A DNA stretch of 63,879 bases, the filler included, from Octopus bimaculoides (Eukaryota): NCBI RefSeq assembly GCF_001194135.2. It is 7 parts of 7 records of this genome, joined end to end, with 100 filler letters (N's around TTAATTAATTAA, not from the genome) between each part and the next. Parts side by side here need not be neighbours in the genome. Positions count along the whole stretch, not along the records: positions 46,121 to 51,134 come from NC_068994.1; positions 51,235 to 57,451 come from NC_068987.1; positions 57,552 to 62,302 come from NC_068989.1; 4 more parts are not named here. One strand, written 5' to 3'. Position numbers and translations under genes: made by a program. Positions 49,736 to 60,221 of the stretch are shown in pieces. Position 1 is the stretch's first letter. Each line of letters opens with the position of its first letter. The notes under the pieces were generated by a model. The model ran no database searches and was not told the DNA's origin. It saw nothing but the letters and a program-made list of their open reading frames with translations.

Positions 49736-51134
49736 ATGACACCATATATTGGTCTACTGTGTCTTCTACATTTACTGATCACCTTTGTACTGTCCATAGA
49801 TATTACATACCATGTCAATGAAGAAGACAGTCCTCACACCTATATAGGAGACATTGCTGTCGACTCTAACTTATCACACCCTCTCACACATCAACAACAC
49901 ACTCTCATTACATTTACACAACTACAAAGGACAGTCGAGAGTGGTTCTCACTTATTCAATGTCACCAACTCAGGAAAACTATACACTACTCAAATACTGG
50001 ATGCTGAGTCTCTGTGTACATACAACAAGGAATGTTCTAGAATAGTTAAAGTAGCAGTGAGAAAGGGACAAACGTTTATGAAAATATTAAGAATTAAAAT
50101 ATTTATAGAAGACATTAATGACCATTCTCCAGAATTTCCAAAGAATGAAATCATAATTCAGTTTTTGGAGAGCCACTTCAAAGGTAGTAAAATCCCTCTT
50201 CTGAATGCCATTGATCAAGATATTACAATACAGAATTCTCAAATTACATATATGATCAAGAAAAGTAAAAGAGAACCATTTTCTCTCTCAGTTGAAAAAC
50301 GTTATGATGGTGTTTACATACCTACTTTAGTTTTAGGAGACAAATTAGACAGGGAACTCAAAGACTCTTACATGTTGACCCTGGAAGCTAAGGATGGAGG
50401 GAACCCTCCAAAAACAGCTACACTCAAAGTACACATATCTGTAACAGATGTCAATGATAACGTACCTGTATTTTCACAGAAACTCTACAACATATCTATT
50501 AATAGTTCACATCAAAGACATTTACCAATCCTTACTTTAAAAGCCACAGATCAAGATTCTGGACCCAATGGAGAGCTTTCTTACCATTTCAACCACAAAA
50601 CCTCTCGAAATATTCAGAAATATTTTGTATTAGATAAGAAAACTGGAGATTTATTTTTACATGATAATTTTCAATTTAGTAAAAAGCAGTCATATAAATT
50701 ATTTATTGAAGCACAGGATGAAGGAAATCCACCCTTAAGTTCTGTAGCCAAAGTCCAGATACATGTTATTAATAACCAAAATACTGCTCCATTAATAAAT
50801 ATAGATTTTGTATCTCCTTTAACAGAGAGCTCAGCAGCTGTTTCAGAATCAAGTAAAATTGGTAGTTTTATAGCTTATGTTATGGTCACTGACACTGATA
50901 GTGGACCCAATGGTGAGGTTATCTGTGATTTAAAACATGATAAGTTTAAACTTGCCAAAATAGATTCTAAAGAATATAAAATGATTGTTAAGGGCCATCT
51001 TGACAGAGAAATAAGGGACCACTATAAAGTATCTATTGTGTGTCATGACATGGGGTCACCTCAACTAGAAAGTAAAAAATATTTCTCTGTCAAAGTAACT
51101 GATGTCAATGATGTAGAACCACATTTTACCAAAG
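49736..51134 (+). CDS. Pcdh: Protocadherin (cephalopod expansion type), partial: signal peptide plus EC1-EC4, truncated at start of EC5 by assembly linker
   Basis: 466 uninterrupted codons with a hydrophobic N-terminus (MTPYIGLLCLLHLLITFVLS). Cadherin motifs include DINDHSPEF, LDRE, AKDGGNP, DVNDNVPVF, DQDSGPNG and DVNDVEPHF. EC1 has C-X5-C (C94-C100) and there is no prodomain. The symbol is family-level only. Confidence 0.96.
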
Positions 51135-51234
51135 NNNNNNNNNNNNNNNNNNNNNNNNNNNNNNNNNNNNNNNNNNNNTTAATTAATTAANNNNNNNNNN
51201 NNNNNNNNNNNNNNNNNNNNNNNNNNNNNNNNNN
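51135..51234. other. Artificial scaffold linker interrupting the protocadherin
   Basis: N run + TTAATTAATTAA + N run. The ORF-track ending LIN* comes from the linker. Confidence 0.9.
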
Positions 51235-51384
51235 AAGTTCATGCAAAGCTTTATACTTTAAATATATTTTATCATCAAAGAATGTATATATGCATTTTAA
51301 TTCTCGAACTGTTTTTTAACATTTTTTATTATTCTCAAAGACTTTTGATAATCTTTTTCTAAAAAAGTGAATAAATATTAGACT

Positions 51385-51545
51385 TATAAAGAATAAGTCC
51401 TGGGGTTGATTTCTTCGACTAAAACCCTTTAAGGTGGTCCTCCAGCATGGCCGCAGTCAAATGACTGAAACAAGTAAAAGAATAAAAGAATTTACGACAG
51501 GCTTCTTTCTGTTTCCATCAACCAAATCCATTAACAAGTCTTTTA
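51385..51545. mobile_element. SINE family A tail (+) abutting a family A head end (-)
   Basis: aataagtcctggggttgatttc..ggtggtcctccagcatggccgcagtcaaatgactgaaacaagtaaaagaat, then gacaggcttctttctgtttccatcaaccaaatcc. Confidence 0.8.
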
Positions 51546-52358
51546 TNNNNNNNNNNNNNNNNNNNNNNNNNNNNNNNNNNNNNNNNNNNNNNNNNNNNNN
51601 NNNNNNNNNNNNNNNNNNNNNNNNNNNNNNNNNNNNNNNNNNNNNNNNNNNNNNNNNNNNNNNNNNNNNNNNNNNNNNNNNNNNNNNNNNNNNNNNNNNN
51701 NNNNNNNNNNNNNNNNNNNNNNNNNNNNNNNNNNNNNNNNNNNNNNNNNNNNNNNNNNNNNNNNNNNNNNNNNNNNNNNNNNNNNNNNNNNNNNNNNNNN
51801 NNNNNNNNNNNNNNNNNNNNNNNNNNNNNNNNNNNNNNNNNNNNNNNNNNNNNNNNNNNNNNNNNNNNNNNNNNNNNNNNNNNNNNNNNNNNNNNNNNNN
51901 NNNNNNNNNNNNNNNNNNNNNNNNNNNNNNNNNNNNNNNNNNNNNNNNNNNNNNNNNNNNNNNNNNNNNNNNNNNNNNNNNNNNNNNNNNNNNNNNNNNN
52001 NNNNNNNNNNNNNNNNNNNNNNNNNNNNNNNNNNNNNNNNNNNNNNNNNNNNNNNNNNNNNNNNNNNNNNNNNNNNNNNNNNNNNNNNNNNNNNNNNNNN
52101 NNNNNNNNNNNNNNNNNNNNNNNNNNNNNNNNNNNNNNNNNNNNNNNNNNNNNNNNNNNNNNNNNNNNNNNNNNNNNNNNNNNNNNNNNNNNNNNNNNNN
52201 NNNNNNNNNNNNNNNNNNNNNNNNNNNNNNNNNNNNNNNNNNNNNNNNNNNNNNNNNNNNNNNNNNNNNNNNNNNNNNNNNNNNNNNNNNNNNNNNNNNN
52301 NNNNNNNNNNNNNNNNNNNNNNNNNNNNNNNNNNNNNNNNNNNNNNNNNNNNNNNNNT

Positions 52359-53465
52359 TAATATGGAGAAGGGCTCGTACAAAGTTTGAATTGTTTCCAA
52401 AGAAATTTCTGTCCATTCTTCAGCTAAAACCCGTCTCCAGTTGTTGTAGTGATGATGGAGGAGGATTTCAACTCCTTACATGTTTTTCTAAAATACACCA
52501 TAAATGTTCAGTAATATTGAGATCTGAGGATTGTGGTGGCCAGATAAGATGTTCAACTTCACTAGAATGTTCCTCGTGTCATTCAGTAACAACCTTAGCT
52601 GTGTGAATTATCATCCTGAAATATTGCGTTTCCCTCCAGAAACAGTTCCGCAACCAGATAAAATTATGCTTAAATAGCCTTGAATATTAATTCTGTCATG
52701 AAGGAAAACCATTGGGTCGGTGGATTTCCAAGGTATAGCCCTCCAGACCATACAGATCTTCCTCCATGTTTAACAGTTGGAGGAAGGCAGTCTGGGTCAA
52801 ATGCTTCTTTTGGCTGTCTCCACATGTATACTCGGCCAGTGGTCGGAAATAAGGTAAAGGAAGACTCGTCCGAGAAAATAACATTCTTCCACTGCTCTAA
52901 GGACCAATTCTTTAGGTTTTTACTCCACTCTAAACACTTTGCAACGTTTATATTTGAAAGTAGTGTTTTTTTCTGATTGCAGCCCTCCTGTGAAATTCGG
53001 CTTTGAGCAGCTTCCGAAGAACAGTTTTTGTGGAAACTGGGTTCTCTAGGTGGTCATTAAGCTCTGCAGTAATTTTGGGAGCTGTACTTTTGTGATCCTT
53101 TCTAACAATTCGTGTAAGAGTCCGACGGTCCCTATCTGAAAGTTTTGGTTTTCTTCAGGAGTTTCGTTTCGTCGAGGAAGTTTTTCCTTTTTCTCAAAGG
53201 CTGTCATTACTTTCGAGACAGTACTTCTTGGTACACCAAACATTTCGGCTGTTTTTGTTACGCTAGCGCCTATCATACGAGCACGAACAATTTGATCTCT
53301 TTGAAAGTTCGATAGATCTATCATTTTAATGAATTTTAATTACTTTTGCTGATGATATTTGAAAAGAAACAGCAATTTTAGCAAAGCATATTAAGCAACA
53401 CTGATAATAAACCAGAAAACATAAAAATAAACAAGCTTTTGACGATAGAAGTAATACATTTCTAA
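52359..53465 (-). mobile_element. Tc1-family transposon with pseudogenised transposase
   Basis: MIDLSNFQRDQIVRARMIGASVTKTAEMFGVPRSTVSK (HTH), WKNVIFSDESSF (D1), AIFQDDN (D2) and WPPQSSDLNITEHLW (E). Several frameshifts. Confidence 0.92.
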
Positions 53466-53564
53466 ATCTCTCAGAGAGATTTATACAGTGGTAACACGAT
53501 AAAGTGGTGGTATGTTGTCGACTTAATGTGACAGTCCCATGAAAGGGAATAATACTACTGCTAT

Positions 53565-53757
53565 TTAGCCCTAGGAAGCCCCGCTTCCTGTCGGCCTTGA
53601 CACATTTCTTGTGTCCTAGATAAGCACCTCCACTCAGCAAAGCCATCATCCAGAAACTAGTTTCTGAGTCATTGCTCGTCATCTTCCCCTTTATAAATAA
53701 ACATAAGGACACAGGAATGTGTCAAGGCCAAGAGGAAGCGGTGGTTCCTAGGACTAA
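53565..53757. mobile_element. Foldback element (second family) with central palindrome
   Basis: About 52-nt inverted arms at 53565-53617 and 53706-53757. The loop contains the perfect palindrome CAGAAACTAGTTTCTG. Confidence 0.7.
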
Positions 53758-54246
53758 GTTGAGTAGGATTATTCTATATATATNNNNNNNNNNNNNNNNN
53801 NNNNNNNNNNNNNNNNNNNNNNNNNNNNNNNNNNNNNNNNNNNNNNNNNNNNNNNNNNNNNNNNNNNNNNNNNNNNNNNNNNNNNNNNNATATATATATA
53901 TATATAGTCGGTTATAATAACCGACTAAGGGATAAAATATCCGTATATTCTACCGCTATCCGTTACCCGTGTTATCTCTGGGCATTGGTGTGTAGGCACA
54001 CTATGCACGTAGAGTGCAGGTAACAACAGCATAAACAAGACTTCATCAGGAAACAAATATAAATAATCAGAAAATAATCAGATCAACAAACACATCGATT
54101 GGACCATATTTATAGCTTATTTTTTACCACAAAGCATGATATAACATGTAGGTGGTTCAATCGATGTGTTTGTTGATTTGAGGTTTTCTCCATTTTCTGA
54201 TTCTTTATCTATAATTGAATATATATATATATATATATTAAATAAT

Positions 54247-54643
54247 TTGGCTGCTTATTTCTCTGGATGCTGTCAGAATGATACAGACATCTCACATAAG
54301 AACTCAATAACGTTCGAAAATCGATTAAGGTTGTTCATCATTCTTTCGGTCTGCGGAGAAATGGCTAAAATTTTCCCTGTTTATAATTATACCATATGTT
54401 ACATATGTATTATATCATACCTTGTTACTGTGTGGACTAAGATCCCCGTTGACAGGTCGCTGGTATTTATAGTGTTAAACCCTTTTGGTGTGCAAATCAG
54501 GGACTCCTTCATGGAGTAACTTCTGAATGTGTTAAGTATGTAATCAGTTTGGCTGCTTGTTTCTCTGGTGACTATCAGAATGATGTAGACGACTCTGATG
54601 AGAACCCAATAACTTTCGAAAATTTGTTAATACTGTTCATCAT
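54247..54643 (+). repeat. Two direct repeats of about 95 nt, 302 nt apart, each with a decayed hammerhead motif
   Basis: ttggctgctt.tttctctgg..tcagaatgat..agac...[core]gaac.caataac.ttcgaaaat..gttcatcat, starting at 54247 and 54549. Confidence 0.7.
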
Positions 54644-54646
54644 ATG

Positions 54647-55287
54647 TATGAAGGAAGGTTTGAAAATACAATTTTAAAGATGTTTATTCACTTGACCGGT
54701 TTCACTTTTTTAGAAAAAGATTGTCAAACGTTAAATGTGAAGCTTTGTATGAGCTTTGTTGTGTTAAGTACTGGTAATCACAAAAGTATTGAAATACATA
54801 TATACATTCTTTGATAATAATAAGAAAATGTTAAAAGCAGTTTACAAGAAAGTATTTAAAAAAGTAATCAGAACGGGACTCCAAAAAGTATTTTGAGTTC
54901 AATAAAATTCATGTTTTGTAGAGGAATAACTGACCTGTCTTTCTGACATAAGACAAAATGTCAGAAAGACAGGTCAGTTATTCCTCTACAAGTTTTTGTA
55001 AATTCTTAAATATATCTCATTCTGTGTATATACTACCAAACAAACATGATTTTTATTGAACTCAACATACATTTTGGAGTCCAATTCTGATTACTTTTTT
55101 AAATACTTTCTTGTAAACTGTTTCTAACATTTTTTTTTATTATTATCAAAGAATGTATATCTGTATTTGAATACTTTTGTGACAGCCAGTACTTAACACA
55201 ACAAAGCTCATACAAAGCTTTCCATTTTACGAAACCAGTCAAGTGAGTAAACATCTTTAAAATTGCATTTTCAAACCTTCTTTCATA
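54647..55287. repeat. Large imperfect inverted repeat enclosing a perfect 34-bp hairpin
   Basis: Outer arms at about 54647-54915 and 55042-55287. Inner perfect arms at 54916-54949 and 54958-54991 with an 8-nt loop. Confidence 0.9.
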
Positions 55288-55619
55288 TATATATATATAA
55301 TCCAAGAGAGTTAGGGGTTGAGGATCCAACCCACTAAGGGATAATACATATCCAATATACTGCTGGGAGGGTACCCAATTATTTTTACACCAGTGTTATA
55401 CCAAGTGCAATAAGTGGGTGCGGGTACAAGGGGGGTACCCTAAATTTATATAGCAATAGGAAAATGGAGGGGAATATGAGATACTCATCAACTTGCAGAC
55501 AGTGTATTCCGTTGATTAATGACAAAAAAGACAATATACAGACACTTATGACATACCATGTCATATCACCAATTAAGATTTCAAATTTAATGGACATCTA
55601 GCAATTGGAGAAGGAACAG

Positions 55620-55753
55620 AATCTTACAGCTGTTTCGGCCTAGTGTTGGCATGCCCCATCCTATCTATTTAACTCCAGTACACTGGAGTAATTAGTAGAT
55701 GCAAATGGTGTAATGGGGGTACATGCATGATTCACTAGGCCACTTCAGAGATT
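55620..55753 (-). ncRNA. Type I hammerhead ribozyme motif with 105-nt extended helix II
   Basis: AAUCU / CUGAAGU / GGCCUAGUG-(87 nt)-CACUAGGCC / GAAA / C-AGCU-G / UA / AGAUU. Helix III is the palindrome ACAGCUGU. One core deviation (A9U). Confidence 0.7.
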
Positions 55754-56126
55754 TACAAAATTCAGTTCATGAATTTTGCAAAATTTATATACAAATATAA
55801 AAATATAAAATAAAAAATGGAAATATAAAAATATAAGGCATATAAAAACATCCAAAAAGTATATAAAGAACCATATAAAGAGTCATAAAAACTCATATAT
55901 ACATGCATATGCATATATACATTACCATATACAGATATACATGGATACAAAACCATAAACATATGAGTACATATATGTGTACTCAGATGCACATACACAG
56001 ATGGCTGTACATGCATACTAAAATAGTCAACAGTCACTGTTACCACACATACCATACTTAATTTTTAATATTTATCAATCATACGGGGAATATAAATGAT
56101 ATAAATGTATCGTTAATAAATTAGAT

Positions 56127-56335
56127 CCGTGGTTTTTAGCCATTTTTTGTCTATAGAACTCTTTGACTCCTATTTGACTCTACCAATTTTAAAAACATTG
56201 CAGGAATTGTATTAAAAAAATTGTTAAAATATTTTGTGTATTGAAGTAGTATAACCATTTTATTGCACATAAATTCGAACACCTAAATCTTATACAGAGC
56301 CCAAAGGCCATATGGACCCCGATTAAGAACCACTG
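56127..56335. mobile_element. hAT (Charlie-like) MITE, shorter relative of 14981-15328
   Basis: TIRs ccgtggtttttagcc / gattaagaaccactg, TSD aattagat / gattagat, and the shared subterminal gccatatggacccc. Confidence 0.75.
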
Positions 56336-57451
56336 GATTAGATCTACGATATTTCTCCATAGTTTATCAGACTTGCGATTATTGCAAATTTATGTCTTCG
56401 ATTTCGTCCCATAGTTTGGAACGTGACACAAGAGTTAGGATGATAGGTAGGTAGGCATGTAGGTAGATAAGTAGGAAGGACGGTACTTCTATATTGAAAT
56501 ATAAACTTCCTGTATTAATATATTTGTTTATTCATATCTTCTCGCTAAAGGTATGGATTTTAACAAACTATTTGAGGTACTTTCGGCTTTTTGCGAGTGT
56601 TTTACTAATATATGTGTTTCTATACAGTCCTTGTCCCGCTAGAAAGTGCAATCAGATGTCATCAAACTACTCCCACCACCTTCAAAAAGTGCATAGCTGA
56701 GGTAACGAAGGAATTGTCTATGCAGTCGCTCGATCACAGCCATGGGGACATATTGGATGATGTGCTTTTCGATGCATTATGTCTGGAAAAAATACGATAG
56801 AATGGTCATTTCTGGAACACTTTTGATCATAGACCTGTTCCGTCGGGGCTTAATGAGGCTAGGCGAAAACATCAATGCATAATAAGTAAGTTAGACACTT
56901 TTGGTTGGAAGTTTAACGTTTTAGATAGTCGAGCGATTACGAGCGACAGTTAAAGTTATGAAAGTAAGTAAATAAAAGAGAGGCAGCAGATAAGCAAACA
57001 CGAGTGAAGAAACAATAACTAAAGCATTGTGAAAACAAATATGTATATTTCTGTCTAGTAAATATAATTATTTAACCACGTGTGAATCTTAATCAAACGG
57101 AGACTGTTTGGACAAGTTACATATATTTACAAAACAACAATGAGGTTAAGTTATGCACCTTTTTGCATAATAAACGAATGTACAGTGAACAGTCGTGAAT
57201 TGAAAAACAATGTCTCGCCGGCACTTGGTGGGAATATAGATTTTATATGTTATTTGGAGTACAGCATTTTAAAACGATAAAGGTTATTTTAAAAGAGATT
57301 TGACTGCTGGTTCATCAGGTCAAACTACTGTGTGTGTGCGTGCGTGCTCGTGTATGAGTGTATGTGTGCGCGCGTGTATGAGCACACGTGCGTACCTGTG
57401 TGCGCGCATGCGTGCGTGCCTGTGTGTATTTATTTATATATATATATATAT

Positions 57452-57551
57452 NNNNNNNNNNNNNNNNNNNNNNNNNNNNNNNNNNNNNNNNNNNNTTAAT
57501 TAATTAANNNNNNNNNNNNNNNNNNNNNNNNNNNNNNNNNNNNNNNNNNNN
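57452..57551. other. Artificial scaffold linker
   Basis: N run + TTAATTAATTAA + N run. Confidence 0.9.
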
Positions 57552-57630
57552 AGAAGAAGAAGAAGAAGAAGAAGAAGAAGAAGAAGAAGAAGAAGAAGAA
57601 GAAGAAGAAGAAGAAGAAGAAGAAGAAGAA
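57552..57630. repeat. (GAA)n microsatellite
   Basis: Pure GAA run at the scaffold edge. Confidence 0.95.
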
Positions 57631-58149
57631 ATTGCTTCTTGTACTTGACGGAGATGTGAATGGTCTCGACGAAGCTTGAACTCAGATCACTGGGTACTGC
57701 AAGGGCATTATTCTATCCAGCTCGTTTCCGATCCTGCCAAATTGCCCCACTTAAATCAAACTAGATATAGTAACAGAGTTGCATCCCTGTATTTCCTACT
57801 GTAACTTCTAGACTCTTAGGGGACAAGCGCCTATCCTCAAACTAGTCGGGTTTTCAAACCTTTAACAACGACAGCAAATTCAAATAATATAAACAATGTG
57901 AAGCGTTCGATCCCATATTTGAACGACTCTTTCACTTCGTTACCTCAGAGCCAAATAATGGAATCGGTTTAGGTCCCTGATGGAAATAATTTTTCTTTCC
58001 TTGTATATTTATCCACATATAAAGTGCACTGAATTTGTTATGGTAGAGCTCATACGTTACAGACGCAGATAAATATAACATTGATAGCACAGATAACAGT
58101 TTGGGAAATGCGAATATGGCAAAGCAGGTTATCTACCAACAATCACAAA

Positions 58150-58620
58150 GATAGACGGAGCCGATATGTGGTCCTCCAATCTGCTAAAAATAACAATAAA
58201 ATCTCTTTCAGATTTCACCCGGCCGTGTGAAACGAAGAAAAAACGTTTTAGACAGTAACCATAAAATGTGATTGGAATGCTTTGGGCACTAGGTTTACTC
58301 AAATAGGCCCGAATTTGCTAAAAATAACTGCCAAATCTCCTCCAAATCTCACCCTGCCGTATAAAACGTGGAAACAACTCTTAGGATAACATAATGCTTA
58401 GATAACAACCATAAATATGGGTGGTACGCTTTGGGCACTTGGTATGCCAAAGCAGGGTTGGTTAACAGAAGTGGAAGCTATCTTAGCCAAGTCTTTTCGG
58501 ACCTCAACCTACCGTATGAAACAGGGTGAACACATTTTCGATTAAGTAGTACTTAGATAGCTACCATAAACGCGGCTACGATGCTTTTAATTATGTTTGC
58601 TCAGGGTTAGTCAACAGCGG
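58150..58620 (+). repeat. Three tandem degenerate units of about 155 bp, probably retroposon 3' segments
   Basis: Recurring tgctaaaaataac..aaatctc..aaatctcaccc.gccgt.t.aaac..tagat..c.accataaa..tgctttgggcact. Confidence 0.55.
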
Positions 58621-59593
58621 TAGCAGTTCAAGCAGCAGCGGGGAGAGCCAAAGTACCAATAACAACGACAAGAAGAATGATGACATAACCATCCTGCAAA
58701 CCATCTAAGAACTGATTCAACCAATATGCTTTCTATTTGTTGTTGCTGCTGCTGCTGCTGTAACCGTTGTGGTCGTTTTTAACTTGAGTTAGCTCTGATA
58801 CGTCAGATTTATAATCAAATGTATTCCAGGTATGGCCATCCAGACTTTAGAGAGGGATATATAAAGAACTAATGAGTCCCTTTGCTTCTTTCAAAGATGG
58901 CAGAGTATGAATTGAGGGTTGGCTTCTAATTCTAGTAAGTTAAGCCTTTGCATAAGAAACTCCACTCTTTAGATTTTACGCCATCAATTGTTAGGAGCAA
59001 ATTACAGTTCATAAACATATTCATTTGGGGTCGATGAAATAAGTACCAGTTACTGGAGTCGATGTAATCGGCTAGCCTCTTCCCCACAAATTTCCGGCCT
59101 TGTGCCTATAGTAGAAAGGATAATGACAATAAAACTAGGACAGTATTATCAAATGTCTCGCCTTTTTTTTTGTGAGCGAGTTTTGAATAACACTGTCAGG
59201 TCGAGCGACCACATAAAGGCACTGTGATTGGTATATGTTATTCTGTGACAGATTTTAGAGTAAGGCTTCTAGGAAACAAGGAGCCGGTAAGAAGGTGGTC
59301 CCACTATATGAATATTGAAGACTATATATTACACGTTATCATTGGCAGAGCTAAAGAGTGTGCTGTATGCATGCCCTCCCATATTACAGTTATACAGTGG
59401 GCTCAAAAGTGCCACCTACCGGGACAGACTGTCTCATCGCACCCCACTCAAGATTACCCTAGTACCTGATGTGCTCTTCTTTGCCTAAGACAATGTGGAG
59501 TTGATTTGAGGGACACTCTGCTACTATTTCTCGCAGGTTGAGCGACCATGTAGAAACTCCTTCATTGGTTCAGCGGAGCAATTTTGTTTCTTT

Positions 59594-59770
59594 GGTGGTG
59601 ATGGTAGTGGTGGTGGTGGTGGTGGTTGTGGTGGTGGTAGTGGTGGTGGCGGCGGAGGTAGCGGTGGTGGTGGTAGCAGTGGTGATGATGGTGGTATTAG
59701 TGATTAGTTGTTGTGGAGGTGGTAGTGGTATTGTTTGTGGTGCTGATGATGATGATGGTGTCAGTGGTAG
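59594..59770. repeat. (GGT)n-rich trinucleotide tract
   Basis: Degenerate ggt/gat runs. Confidence 0.9.
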
Positions 59771-60221
59771 TCGCAGTGACCTTTTGCTATCTAATAATGC
59801 ATTACATAAATTCCTTTTTACAATTCCTATTTAAATCCTTGTCCATCCATCCACATTCTCCACTTACTATTCCTGGGAGGGTCATGGGGTACAGTCCTTT
59901 GGCACCGCCTCCGTAGACTACTATCAGAAGCAACCATCGTTACACTTTCCTGCTTGATTTCGAAGCTGGACCAACTGAGATAATGGATAATATCCAACCA
60001 TACATCTCATTCTCGGTCTACAAATAAGTCACCTGCTGATAGGCTCGGCTTGAAGAATCCGTTTAGTGATTCTTTCTTGCGACATTCTAATCACATGTCA
60101 GTTGTACCGGAGCTGTAACCTCTCAATGCGGAGTAACGTTCGTGCGAAGGTTCTTCGGACGAATCCCATTACGCCAGATTACTGTCTCTTATTTACATAT
60201 TAATTGAAAACAAACAGATAA

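Noticed and set aside
56590-56900. Possible mariner-type transposase C-terminus
   Set aside because: The resemblance is weak and similar on both strands, with no TIR or catalytic motif found.
58150-58620. Tandem units as a CRISPR-like array
   Set aside because: The context is eukaryotic, the units are long and degenerate, and there is no constant repeat with unique spacers or any cas gene.
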